From Balanoglossus misakiensis (taxonomy: Eukaryota; Animalia; Hemichordata), in NCBI GenBank assembly GCA_040954595.2, contig JBECUI020000025.1:62001-126000 (forward strand): a stretch of DNA of 64,000 nucleotides. The letters are read 5' to 3'. Below are positions 39,714-51,277 of the stretch, one piece after another. The translations under genes were made by a program, and so were the position numbers. Position 1 is the first letter of the stretch, and each line of letters starts with the position of its first letter. The notes under the pieces were generated by a model. That model did no database searches and was not told the origin of the DNA. It saw only the letters and a program-made list of their open reading frames with translations.

Positions 39714-40742
39714 ATGAGCAACATGAATTATCTCATAATCATGATGGGTATCTTATTTGCTTTTGGATGTACACAAGCAGATAATACTGATTTTGAGAGT
39801 TCTGTAACAAGCGAATCGTCCAAGAGCAATTCCCTGGGAACTGCTTGGATGATTGAAAGTGAACCAGGAGAAATACTCCCTGGTGTTGCAGCAAGTGCAG
39901 TTCGCGGCAATATTACGGTTGCTGGTAGTTCAACAGCCTATCCGATCCTGGAACTCCTTGCCACCCGTTTCCGTCAAGAGGGATATGCAGGTAGCCTAAC
40001 CGTTGACAGCATTGGGAGTGGCGCAGGATTTGAACGTTTTTGTGTAGCAGCTGAAACCGATATATCTATGGCAAGCCGTCCGATAAAACCAGACGAGGTG
40101 GAAGCGGCGCAAGCGAACGGGCGAACTCCGGTCGCATTCCGAATAGGAACTGATGCCCTTATCGTTGTGGTCCATCCGGACAATAACTGGATTGATTCTT
40201 CTGATACACAGGAGTTACTGCAGTTGTTTACTGCAGAGAAATGGAGCGATGTCAATCCCTCTTGGCCTGAGATGCCGATATTGAAATTCATTCCTGGCAC
40301 TGACAGTGGTACCTTTGACTACTTTGTAGAAGAAATATTTGAAAAAGATCCGGCTCCATTACTGGAAGCACCCCATCTACAACTATCGGAAGACGATAAT
40401 ATTCTCGTGCGTGGCGTTGGGGGTAATGTTGGAGCTATCGGTTTTTTCGGATACGCCTACTATGATGCAAACAGGGATAGCGTTACTGCATTGCCAATAA
40501 ACGACATTATTCCCAATCGTGAAAGCGTAGATGCTGCAGTCTATCCGCTTGCTCGCCCGCTGTTTTTATACTCTGCTGCCTCAATTATGACAAAGAGTCC
40601 GGCGGTGGCAGCATTTTTGAACTTTATCCTAACCTATGTACAAGAAGAAATTACAGATGTCGGATATTTTCCGGTAAAAGAAGATGAGATTCTTATATCA
40701 AAGAAAAGATGGCTAGACATTATGGAAGGATTTACGAATTAA
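39714..40742 (+). CDS. pstS: Phosphate ABC transporter substrate-binding lipoprotein
   Basis: Lipobox FAFGC; AGSST, GSGAG, ASRPIK, SGTFDYF, YPLARPLF. Confidence 0.93.
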   Translation: MSNMNYLIIMMGILFAFGCTQADNTDFESSVTSESSKSNSLGTAWMIESEPGEILPGVAASAVRGNITVAGSSTAYPILELLATRFRQEGYAGSLTVDSIGSGAGFERFCVAAETDISMASRPIKPDEVEAAQANGRTPVAFRIGTDALIVVVHPDNNWIDSSDTQELLQLFTAEKWSDVNPSWPEMPILKFIPGTDSGTFDYFVEEIFEKDPAPLLEAPHLQLSEDDNILVRGVGGNVGAIGFFGYAYYDANRDSVTALPINDIIPNRESVDAAVYPLARPLFLYSAASIMTKSPAVAAFLNFILTYVQEEITDVGYFPVKEDEILISKKRWLDIMEGFTN

Positions 40743-40777
40743 AGATTGCTGATCAATATCTGGTCTTACTATAAAAC

Positions 40778-41695
40778 ATGCAGCCTGTACAGAACAATCA
40801 GTCCGATTTTGTTTTCATAAAACCCCGTAAGGAACGATACATCAAGATATTTTTGTATTGCTGTGCAATAATATCAACAGCAACTACACTTGGCATTGTC
40901 ATTATCTTGTCCCGCGAATCCTTCCTGTTCTTCAGGGATCCTGATGTATCACTGTTTGAATTCTTTACGCAAACAGTCTGGCAACCGCTCAATGGCAAGT
41001 TTGGTATTCTTCCACTCGTTACCGCAACCGTTATGACCAGTTTGATTGCCCTTCTCTTTGCAACCCCTCTTGCAATTATGGTGGGATTATACCTGAGTGA
41101 ATACGCTTCCCCACGTATACGGAATATCCTAAAACCGAGCATGGAGGTTCTTGCTGGTATTCCCACTGTTGTGTACGGTTATTTTGCCATTAACACCGTT
41201 ACTCCCTTCTTGCAAAATGCACTTGGACAAGTGGAATTGTACAATACCGCATCGGCAGGTATTACTATCGGCATTCTTATTTTCCCTATTATCACAACCA
41301 TGGTTGATGATGCCCTCCATGCTATTCCACCTATTCTGCGCGAGGCTGCCTATGGATTGGGAGCAACCCGATGGGAAACATCATTGCAGATTGTCTTACC
41401 AGCCGCTTTTTCAGGCATTGCAGCTGCATTTATTCTTGGGTTGTCGCGGGCTATTGGAGAAACGATGATTGTAGCATTAGCCGCCGGGGCAGGTTCAAAG
41501 TTTACATTTAATCCGCTTGTCGGTGCAGAAACAATGACCGGATATATAGTTCGAATAAGCGGGGGAGACATTGGGTATAACACCCTTGATTACAACAGTA
41601 TTTTCGCTATTGGGCTTCTGCTCTTCTTATTTACCCTGCTATTGAATATTATTAGTAGAAAGATCGTGAAAAAGTTTGGAGATAAATACCAATGA
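40778..41695 (+). CDS. pstC: Phosphate ABC transporter permease
   Basis: YLSEYA, LAGIPTVVYG, EAAYGLGAT, RAIGETM. Confidence 0.94.
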   Translation: MQPVQNNQSDFVFIKPRKERYIKIFLYCCAIISTATTLGIVIILSRESFLFFRDPDVSLFEFFTQTVWQPLNGKFGILPLVTATVMTSLIALLFATPLAIMVGLYLSEYASPRIRNILKPSMEVLAGIPTVVYGYFAINTVTPFLQNALGQVELYNTASAGITIGILIFPIITTMVDDALHAIPPILREAAYGLGATRWETSLQIVLPAAFSGIAAAFILGLSRAIGETMIVALAAGAGSKFTFNPLVGAETMTGYIVRISGGDIGYNTLDYNSIFAIGLLLFLFTLLLNIISRKIVKKFGDKYQ

Positions 41696-42888
41696 AACAA
41701 ACATTGATTGGAACCCAGCAACGCAGACATTTTATTGCAAAATATTGCCCATACTTTCTCTTTCTGGCAGTGATTTTAGTTGTCTTTATCCTTCTCTCCC
41801 TCCTATTCAGTATTATTAATAATGCCTTTGGCTATGTTGTACTGCGTGATCAGACACAACGCCAAGAATTAGGATTGCCGGATGCGGGATATTCCAAAAC
41901 GGAACTTATTGATGTACTAAAACACAATCTCTCACGCGGCATGCTTTATAATTTAGGCGAAAAGCTGGAGGTGTTTGACATGGAATTCCTTGAAAGCACC
42001 TTACAAGAGCACCTGCTCCGGACAAAACTTGTTAAGAGCTATTCACTCATAGAATCACTGCTCTCCGGCAATAGTATTAAAAATGAGCTCAGCAAACCGG
42101 ATTATCTGCAGTTTCGAGCATGGCTTTCTCCCACCTTCTTAACAAGGGAACTTAATGCCGATGCTTTACAAACCGGCATTCGTACTGCCATATTGGGAAC
42201 CCTGTGGATTATGCTTGTTACCACAATTATTACTATCCCCATTGGTATCGGCACTGCGATCTATCTGGAGGAGTTTTCAGGAAAGACCCGCTGGAATCGC
42301 TTAATACAGGTCAATATTTACAATCTTGCCGGGGTTCCTTCAATTATCTACGGCTTACTCGGACTGACAATATTTGTCCGAATTATGGAACCATTAACAT
42401 CGGGTGCTATCTTCGGTATGGAGTCGGGAAACGGACGAACCATTCTCTCTGCCGGGCTCACACTCTCAGTGCTTGTTATGCCAATTATTATTATTAATGC
42501 AAAAGAAGCCATAGCTGCTGTTCCCCAAACACTGAAAGATTCCAGTTATTCTCTGGGAGCAACAAAATGGCAGACAATATGGCACCATACTCTGCCCTAT
42601 TGTATGGAAAGAATTCTAACCGGTAGCATTCTTTCAATTTCTCGTGCCGTGGGCGAAACCGCTCCCCTTGTGCTTATTGGAGCGTCTACCTTTTTAACAA
42701 TAGATCCAAACGGACTCTTTTCAAAGTTTACGGCCCTCCCAATTCAGATATATCAATGGTCTGCGCGCCCACAAATGGAGTTCAAGCATGTTGCTGCTGC
42801 TGCCATTATTGTTTTGCTCCTATTAATGCTTGGTATGAATATGACTGCAATATTGGTACGAAACAGGATTCAGAAAAAGAAACAATGA
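41692..42888 (+). CDS. pstA: Phosphate ABC transporter permease
   Basis: [35 protein letters not shown]. Confidence 0.94.
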   Translation: MKQTLIGTQQRRHFIAKYCPYFLFLAVILVVFILLSLLFSIINNAFGYVVLRDQTQRQELGLPDAGYSKTELIDVLKHNLSRGMLYNLGEKLEVFDMEFLESTLQEHLLRTKLVKSYSLIESLLSGNSIKNELSKPDYLQFRAWLSPTFLTRELNADALQTGIRTAILGTLWIMLVTTIITIPIGIGTAIYLEEFSGKTRWNRLIQVNIYNLAGVPSIIYGLLGLTIFVRIMEPLTSGAIFGMESGNGRTILSAGLTLSVLVMPIIIINAKEAIAAVPQTLKDSSYSLGATKWQTIWHHTLPYCMERILTGSILSISRAVGETAPLVLIGASTFLTIDPNGLFSKFTALPIQIYQWSARPQMEFKHVAAAAIIVLLLLMLGMNMTAILVRNRIQKKKQ

Positions 42889-43634
42889 ACACAGTTATAT
42901 CAATAAAAAACTTGAATTTTTTCTACGATAAGTTCCAAGTCTTACATAATGTAACGTTGGATATTTCCGAACAATCCATTACTGCTTTCATAGGTCCCTC
43001 AGGTTGTGGAAAAACGACCCTTCTGCGATGTTTGAATCGCATGAACGAACTCATTGCCGATTCCCGAATGGAAGGAGATATACGTTTCCTTGGTCAGGAC
43101 ATCTATGCAAGCTCGGTGGATCCGGTAACAATACGAAGAAAAATCGGCATGGTTTTCCAAAAGCCGAATCCCTTTCCCAAAAGCATTTACGATAATATTG
43201 CATGGGGGGCAAAGATTAACGGATATCAGGGCAACATGGACGATTTAGTAGAACGCGCACTGCAACAAACAGGACTATGGGATGAGGTAAAAGACAAACT
43301 AAAAAACAATGCAATGAGCCTGTCGGGAGGGCAACAACAACGCCTCTGCATTGCCCGGACAATTGCAGTTGAACCTGATGTCATTTTGATGGATGAACCA
43401 ACATCAGCATTGGACCCCATATCCAGCAGCAGGATAGAAGCACTCTTACAGGAATTGAAAAAAAAGTTTGCCATCATTATTGTTACCCATAATTTACAGC
43501 AAGCTGGAAGGGTTGCCCAATATACCGCATTTTTATTTAACGGCGAAGTCATTGAGTATGACGATACCGAGGAAATGTTCATGAATCCAAAAGTTCCCAA
43601 GACGGAAGCTTATTTGTCAGGTAGATTTGGTTAA
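42885..43634 (+). CDS. pstB: Phosphate ABC transporter ATPase
   Basis: [36 protein letters not shown]; ATG at 42885. Confidence 0.96.
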   Translation: MNTVISIKNLNFFYDKFQVLHNVTLDISEQSITAFIGPSGCGKTTLLRCLNRMNELIADSRMEGDIRFLGQDIYASSVDPVTIRRKIGMVFQKPNPFPKSIYDNIAWGAKINGYQGNMDDLVERALQQTGLWDEVKDKLKNNAMSLSGGQQQRLCIARTIAVEPDVILMDEPTSALDPISSSRIEALLQELKKKFAIIIVTHNLQQAGRVAQYTAFLFNGEVIEYDDTEEMFMNPKVPKTEAYLSGRFG

Positions 43635-43696
43635 TCTTGTGTAGATCAATATAATCTATTACATAAACAAAAAAAAATAGTTATACTACAGATATC

Positions 43697-44362
43697 ATGG
43701 ACGAAGAAATTAGCACAACATTAAGTAATGATATAGAAATCATTGTGCAAGACTTATATACAACAGGAATGTCGGTAATGAACTCATTACGTCGTGCCTT
43801 GAATGCCTTAAAAGAACATCTAAAAGATGAGGCAAAGGAAGTACTTGCATATGATGATGTTATCGACAAGCAATGCATTGCCATTGAGACCGGGTGTTTT
43901 CATCTTATTGCAACTCAGCAACCTGTTGCAGGAGATCTCCGTCGTATTCTTAGTTGTATCCAGATTGCTAGTGAATTAGAGCGGATTGGGGACCATATCA
44001 AAACGCTTGCAAATGCAGTCTCCACTTCCGAACAACCCCTGACTGACTACCTGCAATCTTCTTTGCAGAAGATGGGGAAAAAGAATGCCACTATGATTCA
44101 AGATGTTTTTGATGCCTTAATAGAAAAAGATGAGTTCAAGGCAATGCAAGTCGCACAGCAGGATCAGACCATTGATACAATGCACTGGGATATACATAAA
44201 AAAATTATCAGTAACATGAAACAAAATCCGGACAGCATAGAAGAATCAATTCGATTACTGTTCTTAATCCGCTACCTTGAACGTATTGGCGACCACGTAA
44301 CCAATGTCTGTGAATGGATTGTCTATGCCCAAAACGGTCAGCGTTTGGAATTAAATAACTAG
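43697..44362 (+). CDS. phoU: Phosphate signalling protein PhoU
   Basis: QQPVAGDLR, ELERIGDH, YLERIGDHVTN. Confidence 0.95.
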   Translation: MDEEISTTLSNDIEIIVQDLYTTGMSVMNSLRRALNALKEHLKDEAKEVLAYDDVIDKQCIAIETGCFHLIATQQPVAGDLRRILSCIQIASELERIGDHIKTLANAVSTSEQPLTDYLQSSLQKMGKKNATMIQDVFDALIEKDEFKAMQVAQQDQTIDTMHWDIHKKIISNMKQNPDSIEESIRLLFLIRYLERIGDHVTNVCEWIVYAQNGQRLELNN

Positions 44363-45741
44363 TACAGGACGAAATGAAACAATACTTGAAGGCTGCCAAT
44401 AACTGATCCCAGTAATGCTCCTAGTATATTTATCCAGCGTAAATGTTTTGCAATAATCTCCAGTAGTAAGGATTCAACTTCCTGCAACGAGAGAGCCATA
44501 ACCCAATTAAAGACCGTCTTCTCTACATCAAAGTATTGCCAGAAAACTGGAATAACCTTTTGTAGTATCTGTACACTGCCCTGAGTCAGTACGGTAATAA
44601 CTCTCTGTTTGTTTTCTGCAGAAATTGAGAGCCCCTGCTTTTGCAGGTCGGTGGCAAGCCGAGAAAAACTCTCCCAGAAAACATTAAATACATCCTCCCG
44701 CTTTTCATATATTTGTTCGGTATACTTCGTTAGGGAATCTGCATCTCTAATTGCGAAGAGAGAGGCAGCACTATGCTGATGCAAAGAATGGGCTCCTATA
44801 TCCGCAAGATAGCCAAACAATGGACGTAGCTCAGGAGAACGCAGCCATGTAGCAAGTCCCAGTTTCTTCTGATCTTCGGTTAAATACCGGTATACGGTTC
44901 TTCTAATTTTAGAACGATATTCGGGCACGTACAATGCCGCCTCACACTCAATAATAACTTGGTCAATAATGGTGGGGATTTGTCTAATTAATTCTTCCCG
45001 AAACCCCATAGTATCAACGAGAAGACGACGGAGCGCCGGGATGCCATCAATAATTCGATGCACCATCCGTTTGGCGACCGATATAAGAATTATGCGAGTT
45101 TCTTTATGCCTGAGAAAGAGCAATAATTGCTGCACAAGCACCTCGTAGAGCTTATCAAAGGTGCGAAAGAAGGAAAAAAATTGCCTCCGGTTGAATAGAT
45201 GCATGTCTGACAAACTGTCACTCACCTGTTCAAGCTGACGCAATAAGTGTTCGGATATCTCATGAACGCTCATGAAATCGGCAATACGGATCTGCCGGAG
45301 CATATCCACCATTACTTCCTTGTTTTTCTCTTTATTAAGATACTGCAGGATGTATTCAAAACAGATATAGATGCTTTTTCGTGCATCGGAAAGAATTGCT
45401 CCAATACGTTGGAACATATCCGTCGACTGCAATGAGTCAATCTGCCGTTCTAGTACCGCTGCGATCTCTTTGGAAAGGGCTGTTACTCGCTGTATGAGAA
45501 GGTCGGTGTTGAGTAACTTGCGGCTGACTAATACGGCAAGACTACGAGCAAATTCCTCCTTTTGTCGCGGTAATATCCCCGGGGTACCAGGGACCCGAAC
45601 ACCGAGAATGCGGTACTCCCGATAGGGGCGAAATATCATTCGGATTGCAAGTTTATTCGTTACATAACCAATGCCGGCGCCCAGTACGGGAGGGAGAATA
45701 TAAACCAATACTATAGATTCAAAAAAGGTCTCAATACTCAT
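44359..45741 (-). CDS. DUF445-family membrane protein
   Basis: GAGIGYVTNKLAIRMIFRP, TPGILP, LRWINILGALLG. Confidence 0.8.
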   Translation of the reverse strand: MSIETFFESIVLVYILPPVLGAGIGYVTNKLAIRMIFRPYREYRILGVRVPGTPGILPRQKEEFARSLAVLVSRKLLNTDLLIQRVTALSKEIAAVLERQIDSLQSTDMFQRIGAILSDARKSIYICFEYILQYLNKEKNKEVMVDMLRQIRIADFMSVHEISEHLLRQLEQVSDSLSDMHLFNRRQFFSFFRTFDKLYEVLVQQLLLFLRHKETRIILISVAKRMVHRIIDGIPALRRLLVDTMGFREELIRQIPTIIDQVIIECEAALYVPEYRSKIRRTVYRYLTEDQKKLGLATWLRSPELRPLFGYLADIGAHSLHQHSAASLFAIRDADSLTKYTEQIYEKREDVFNVFWESFSRLATDLQKQGLSISAENKQRVITVLTQGSVQILQKVIPVFWQYFDVEKTVFNWVMALSLQEVESLLLEIIAKHLRWINILGALLGSVIGSLQVLFHFVLY

Positions 45742-46085
45742 TGTACTACCATAGAAAGATTCTCCGCTTGTTCAAGTGTTTGCACAAAACGAATATCGTT
45801 CTCAATCAACCAGCCAATTCTATGTTCGTATTGAACCTTAAACCATTTATTCTGCGGTAAAATTATCCCCTCCAGTATAACAATAATATCTCCTCGCCGA
45901 AGAGGGAAGAGAATGACCGCATCATCAGCCGGATTTTGGTAGACCCGAGAATACAAAGACTGAACGACTGCAATACGTGGAGGCGGCAATATCGGATGTT
46001 CTGAAAACTCAACAATGCTTGGCGTACAAGCAGATAAGAGCACTGCGATAAGGACAATCAGGACTATACGGACTATTCTATTCAT
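45738..46085 (-). CDS. Lipoprotein with SH3-like domain
   Basis: Lipobox LLSAC; LRRGDII..WFKV..GWL SH3b pattern. Confidence 0.7.
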   Translation of the reverse strand: MNRIVRIVLIVLIAVLLSACTPSIVEFSEHPILPPPRIAVVQSLYSRVYQNPADDAVILFPLRRGDIIVILEGIILPQNKWFKVQYEHRIGWLIENDIRFVQTLEQAENLSMVVQ

Positions 46086-48064
46086 CCCTTTAATTCCAGT
46101 ATTTCATCTCGAATAACAATGGCCTTCTCAAAATTCAACGTTTCAACCTGTCTCTGCATTTCTTTTTCCAAGAATGTAAGAAGTTTCTTCCGGTCGGTAG
46201 GAATAAGAACATTATAACCTTTTTTTATAAGCTCTAGCTCGGTTTTTTCTGCATTTACCTTTTCCTCAGCTTGCCGCTGAATAATATCCTGAATGGATTT
46301 CTGTATGGATTTGGGCACAATGCCCTCTTTTTTATTATGCTCGCTCTGGATAGCACGCCGACGGTTTGTTTCCTGTATAGCTTCGCGCATTGCTGCCGAT
46401 TCATGGTCTGCATAGAGAATGACCTTCCCATTGACATTACGTGCAGCCCGACCAATTGTCTGAATAAGAGAGCGGGTTGACCGGAGAAAGCCGGCTTTGT
46501 CTGCATCAAGGATGGCAACCAGCGATACTTCCGGCATATCAATTCCCTCGCGAAGAAGGTTAATTCCTATCAGCACATCAAATACTCCCCGTCGCAAATC
46601 TCTGAGAATTTCTACGCGTTCTATTGTTTCTATCTCCGAGTGCAAGTAGCGAACTTTTAGTCCTACCGAAGAAAAATATTCGCTCAGACTCTCGGACATC
46701 TTCTTCGTCAAGGTCGTAATTAACACCCGCTCGCCAACCCGAACCCGTGCACGTATTTCTCCGTACAGGTGTTCAATTTGTCCAGCAGAGGGGCATATTT
46801 CTATTTCAGGATCTAATAGCCCCGTCGGACGTATGACCTGCTCAACAATCTGTGCAGAGTTCTTTTGCTCCAACGGGCCGGGGGTTGCAGTAACAAAAAT
46901 ACAGCGATGTAACATTGATTCAAATTCTTGAAAAACTAAGGGACGATTGTCCAAGGCAGACGGTAAACGAAATCCGTATTGAACCAGGGAAAGTTTTCTG
47001 GCTCGGTCGCCATTGTACATACCGTGCAGTTGTGGAACAGTGATATGTGACTCATCTATGAACGTAAGAAACTCACGAGGAAAGTAGTCTAATAATACGG
47101 ATGGGCGTTCTCCTTCTTCGCGTCCACTGAGATGCCGCGAATAGTTTTCTACGCCGGAACAATGACCGACCTCCCATAGCAATTCCATATCGTACTCGGT
47201 TCGGGTTTTGAGACGTTGGGCCTCAACAAGCATATTCTTTTTTAGTAGATTGTTCTGTTCCTCGTCCAGTTCTTGTTTAATACGCTTGATTCCTTGCTGC
47301 AATTTTTCCTTCGTCGTAATAAAATGCTTTGCAGGATAAATATTGACAGTTTCCATTTCTTCCAGCACAGCATAAGTGATCGGGTGTAGTCTTCGAATAT
47401 GTGCAACTGCCTCCCAATCCAAAGAAATGCGGTACATCTCTTCGCCGTAAGCCGGAAAGATGTCGATAATATCGCCACGGATGCGAAATTGTCCGCGTTG
47501 GAGAGTATCATTGCTGCGTTCATACTGTAAATCAATGAGCTGCCTCTTTAGCCGTTGCATATCAAGCTGTTCTTTGCATTTCAATTCAACATGCATATCC
47601 ATGTAGTCGACCGGATTCCCAAGACCGTAGATACATGAAACGGTGGCAATAACAATAATGTCCCGCCTCGTCAACAGGCTTGTTGTCGCGGAAAGACGTA
47701 ATCGGTCAATTTCGTCATTGATAGAGGAATCCTTTTCAATATAGAGGTCTCGTGATGCAACATAGGCCTCAGGTTGATAATAATCGTAGTAGGATACAAA
47801 GTACTCTACCGCATTTTCAGGGAAAAAGGTTCGGAATTCACTGTATAATTGGGCTGCGAGGGTCTTGTTTGGCGAAATGACGAGTGTCGGCATTTGCATC
47901 TTTGCAATAACATTCGCCATGGAAAAAGTCTTTCCGGAACCGGTAACCCCCTGGAGCGTTTGATAAGGCATACCGCCATGTAAGCCCCGGACAAGACTAT
48001 CTACAGTCTGTTTCTGTCCTTGAGAAATAGAAAAATCCGCATGAATTTTGAACTGATTCAACAT
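46082..48064 (-). CDS. uvrB: Excinuclease ABC subunit B
   Basis: GVTGSGKT, YYDYYQPEAY, DESH, GINLLREG, IGRAARN, UVR tail. ATG 48064 overlaps the htrA stop. Confidence 0.97.
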   Translation of the reverse strand: MLNQFKIHADFSISQGQKQTVDSLVRGLHGGMPYQTLQGVTGSGKTFSMANVIAKMQMPTLVISPNKTLAAQLYSEFRTFFPENAVEYFVSYYDYYQPEAYVASRDLYIEKDSSINDEIDRLRLSATTSLLTRRDIIVIATVSCIYGLGNPVDYMDMHVELKCKEQLDMQRLKRQLIDLQYERSNDTLQRGQFRIRGDIIDIFPAYGEEMYRISLDWEAVAHIRRLHPITYAVLEEMETVNIYPAKHFITTKEKLQQGIKRIKQELDEEQNNLLKKNMLVEAQRLKTRTEYDMELLWEVGHCSGVENYSRHLSGREEGERPSVLLDYFPREFLTFIDESHITVPQLHGMYNGDRARKLSLVQYGFRLPSALDNRPLVFQEFESMLHRCIFVTATPGPLEQKNSAQIVEQVIRPTGLLDPEIEICPSAGQIEHLYGEIRARVRVGERVLITTLTKKMSESLSEYFSSVGLKVRYLHSEIETIERVEILRDLRRGVFDVLIGINLLREGIDMPEVSLVAILDADKAGFLRSTRSLIQTIGRAARNVNGKVILYADHESAAMREAIQETNRRRAIQSEHNKKEGIVPKSIQKSIQDIIQRQAEEKVNAEKTELELIKKGYNVLIPTDRKKLLTFLEKEMQRQVETLNFEKAIVIRDEILELKG

Positions 48065-49275
48065 CAATCCCACTGAACATTATCCGGACGTTCGGAAAGG
48101 ACAAGCGTAATTTTCTCTCTCTTCCCACCTCGTACATACACGATTTCTATACGTTCTCCGGGCTTGTTATCTTCCAATGCTTCGTACAAGTTTGCAATGC
48201 TTCGAACAGGAGTGCCATCAATGCTTACAATAATATCTCCTCCAAGATAAATAACCGTATTCCCATACCGAACCCCCCGATCCGTGCTCCCACCACGTAA
48301 GCCAAGCGCCTCGGCATTACCGCCTTTTACCAGCTGCGAGATCATAATTCCTTCTTGAACCGGCAAGTTGGCATAGCGTACAAGCTCGGGGAAAAGCTGG
48401 CGGGGAATAATGTCTATCCAGCCCCTGCGAACGGTGCCGTATTTCAGAAGATCGGGAATAACACGGGTTGCAGTATCAATTGGAATGGCAAAGCCAATGC
48501 CAAGCGAACCACCGGTGAGCGAATAAATCATTGTATTGACACCGATAACCTCCCCCTTACTGTTGAGAAGGGGCCCCCCGCTATTGCCCATATTGATTGA
48601 AGCATCAGTTTGGATCATATTCCTGATAACCAGATCATTGCGTGCCTTAACGGGTCGTCCCAATCCGGAAATAATGCCCGTCGTCAATGTCCGTTCCAAT
48701 GCAAAGGGGTTACCGATTGCCAGTACTTTTTGTCCAACCTTGAGAGTAGTCGAATTTCCGATAGGAAGAACGGTGAGTGCTTTGCCCTCCGGGTCGAAAG
48801 AAAGAACTGCAAGATCATTTTCAGTATCTACTCCCAGCACCTCTCCTGCATACCGACCGCCGTCAGCAAGGGTAATAAAAATTTTGCTTGCGTTTTCAAT
48901 GACATGATGATTGGTGAGTACGTACCCACGTTTGTCGATAATAGAACCGGAACCACTTTCTCCCGATCTCGGCACCGGCTCGAAAACCCAATTATAGGCT
49001 ATTGTTTCTGTTGTAATGTTTACTACCCCTTCATTTCGAAGCTCATAGATTGAAATGTTTTCTTGCTCATCTAGACTAAATTGCGGGGACTCAACCGAAA
49101 TAACTTGTGGTTGCACAGGCTCGGGGAATGTCGGCAGGTCAGATTCTTCAGGTGTTGCAAATGTTTCCTGCTGTACATCTGAAGTGCTCGGTCGGATTAT
49201 AAATCCAAGCTGCAGACCAATAAGTAATAAAATTAATCCGAAAAAAATATGAAACAGACTTATCTTCATCTTCAT
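48064..49275 (-). CDS. htrA: Membrane-anchored HtrA/DegP-like serine protease with one PDZ domain
   Basis: TNHHV, DLAV, TDASINMGNSGGPL catalytic triad; C-terminal PDZ. Confidence 0.92.
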   Translation of the reverse strand: MKMKISLFHIFFGLILLLIGLQLGFIIRPSTSDVQQETFATPEESDLPTFPEPVQPQVISVESPQFSLDEQENISIYELRNEGVVNITTETIAYNWVFEPVPRSGESGSGSIIDKRGYVLTNHHVIENASKIFITLADGGRYAGEVLGVDTENDLAVLSFDPEGKALTVLPIGNSTTLKVGQKVLAIGNPFALERTLTTGIISGLGRPVKARNDLVIRNMIQTDASINMGNSGGPLLNSKGEVIGVNTMIYSLTGGSLGIGFAIPIDTATRVIPDLLKYGTVRRGWIDIIPRQLFPELVRYANLPVQEGIMISQLVKGGNAEALGLRGGSTDRGVRYGNTVIYLGGDIIVSIDGTPVRSIANLYEALEDNKPGERIEIVYVRGGKREKITLVLSERPDNVQWD

Positions 49276-49322
49276 GGTTTATTATATCAGATTTATGATA
49301 TAATGGGTATGTAATTACTATT

Positions 49323-51194
49323 ATGGTAGTACGCGGGGCTGCATATATCAAAAAACTATTGCAAACTCTCAAGGTCTATAACCAAGACGAAGTAGAAAAG
49401 ATCGTCGTTGCAGCAAACTATGCAAGCACGGCACATCATGGACAAACGCGTGAAAGCGGTGAACCCTATATTATTCATCCGATTTTTGTTGCAGAAGTCC
49501 TGATAAACATGCAGTTAGACTATGAAACAATTATCGCAGCCCTCCTGCACGATCTCGTTGAAGATACCAATACAAGCATGGAAGAAATAGAGACACGCTT
49601 TGGGCCCAGTGTCGCAAAACTTGTCGCAGGACTTACTAAGATTCCTTTGCCGAATCAGTACAGTAAGGATAAGCAGTCCATAGAAAATGTTCGCACCATG
49701 CTCCTTGCCGGCATCCATGACATTCGTATTATTTTTATTAAACTTGCCGATAAACTGCACAATATCCATACAATAGCTTCTAAACAAGCAAACCGGCAAA
49801 AAATGATTTCACAAGAGGTTATGGATATCTACGTGCCCCTTGCCGAACAACTCGGAATGAACTCTATCCGAACAAAGTTAGAGGATGGTGCATTCAAAGT
49901 TCTGAATCCGCAGTTGTACCGGAAGGTTGAACAACTCTTGCAGGTAACCGATACAGAAGCTACCGAACTTCTGACAAAGGTGGGGAAGAAAATAAAGGCA
50001 TTGGCACAGCGAAAACATATCAAACTGCGTTATGAAACCCGGCGAAAAAACATGTTCTCTATTGCAAAAAAAATTGAACATCAATCAAAAATTTATGATA
50101 TTCTCGGCATTCGCCTCATCTGCTCCAGCACTGGTGCCTGTTACCAGCTCTTAGGGTTGGTACATAACACTTGGCCGCCACTGGAAGGACGACTCAAAGA
50201 CTACATCGCTATGCCAAAGGCAAACCGCTACCAAAGCCTTCATACAATCGTTATGGGACCGGATGGAACGTGGATTGAGTTTCAGATTCGTAGTGAATAC
50301 ATGCATGAAATAGCAGAATACGGAGTAGCCGCCCACTGGAACTACAAACATCAGAAGGGCTCTATTTTAACTGAACCCAATGTTATGAAAAAGCTACACC
50401 AGTTGCACAATATACAGCACCATGAACTCCTTGATGAAGTAAAACGAGAAATACTGCAAGACACTATCTATGTTTTTACTCCCCAAGGTGATATTGTTTC
50501 CCTTCCCGGATGGAGCAACCGCCCGTGACTTCGCCTATTACATTCACACAGACATCGGACATCAAACAGGAGAAGCCTGGGCAGATGGCATTCCCATCCC
50601 GCTTAACAGTAAACTGCACAATACGCAGACAGTGCATATTATTACAGATCCTGCTATTCATCCGAAACTGGAATGGCTTCAACAATGCCAAACAACACGT
50701 GCCCGATCAAAAATTCGAGAATGGTTGAATGACCATGAGCATCATGTCTTTGTTGATAAGCAACTCATAGTAAAAAGCAACATACAGGATCATACTATCC
50801 GACTTGCAGGCTGCTGCATGCCCAGCATCGGGGAACCGATTATTGCATACAGGGCGCAGTCTCGTGGAATTACAGTACATCGAAGAACCTGCAAGAATTT
50901 GAAATATGTTCCCGCACTGTCTGAGAGACTTATTTCAGTTGAATGGGAACAAATTCCTATTACCTACCAAGTTACCGTACTCTTTTCCCCCCACAAGATG
51001 ACTTTCTCAAACAAATTGATATGGCAATGCATGCACAACAAGTAAGCCTTGAAGCCATGCAGATGGCACGACTCAATATGGATATAGAAATTCTTCTTAG
51101 CCTGTCAGCCGAGAAAAAAAAGAACATCTATAGTTTTATTGAGCAAATACGCAATATCGACGGCACAAAAGTAACTTCTGTATCAAGTATGTGA
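49323..51194 (+). CDS. rel: Bifunctional (p)ppGpp synthetase/hydrolase (HD-SYN-TGS-ZFD-ACT), two frameshifts near 50505 and 50985
   Basis: GEPYIIHP, LHDLVED, KLADKLHN, YQSLHT, EFQIR, GVAAHW; DFAYYIHT and CCMP in the next frame; ACT in the third. Confidence 0.88.
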
Positions 51195-51212
51195 TGCCTA
51201 GTATTACAACTA

Positions 51213-51241
51213 TTGACAAAAAATAAAAAATATCCTAGACT
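51213..51241 (+). promoter_or_regulatory. sigma70 promoter of tpx
   Basis: TTGACA-17 bp-TAGACT; TAAGGAGG SD at about 51264. Confidence 0.7.
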
Positions 51242-51277
51242 GTATTATACTAACGTGACTTATTAAGGAGGTTCACA

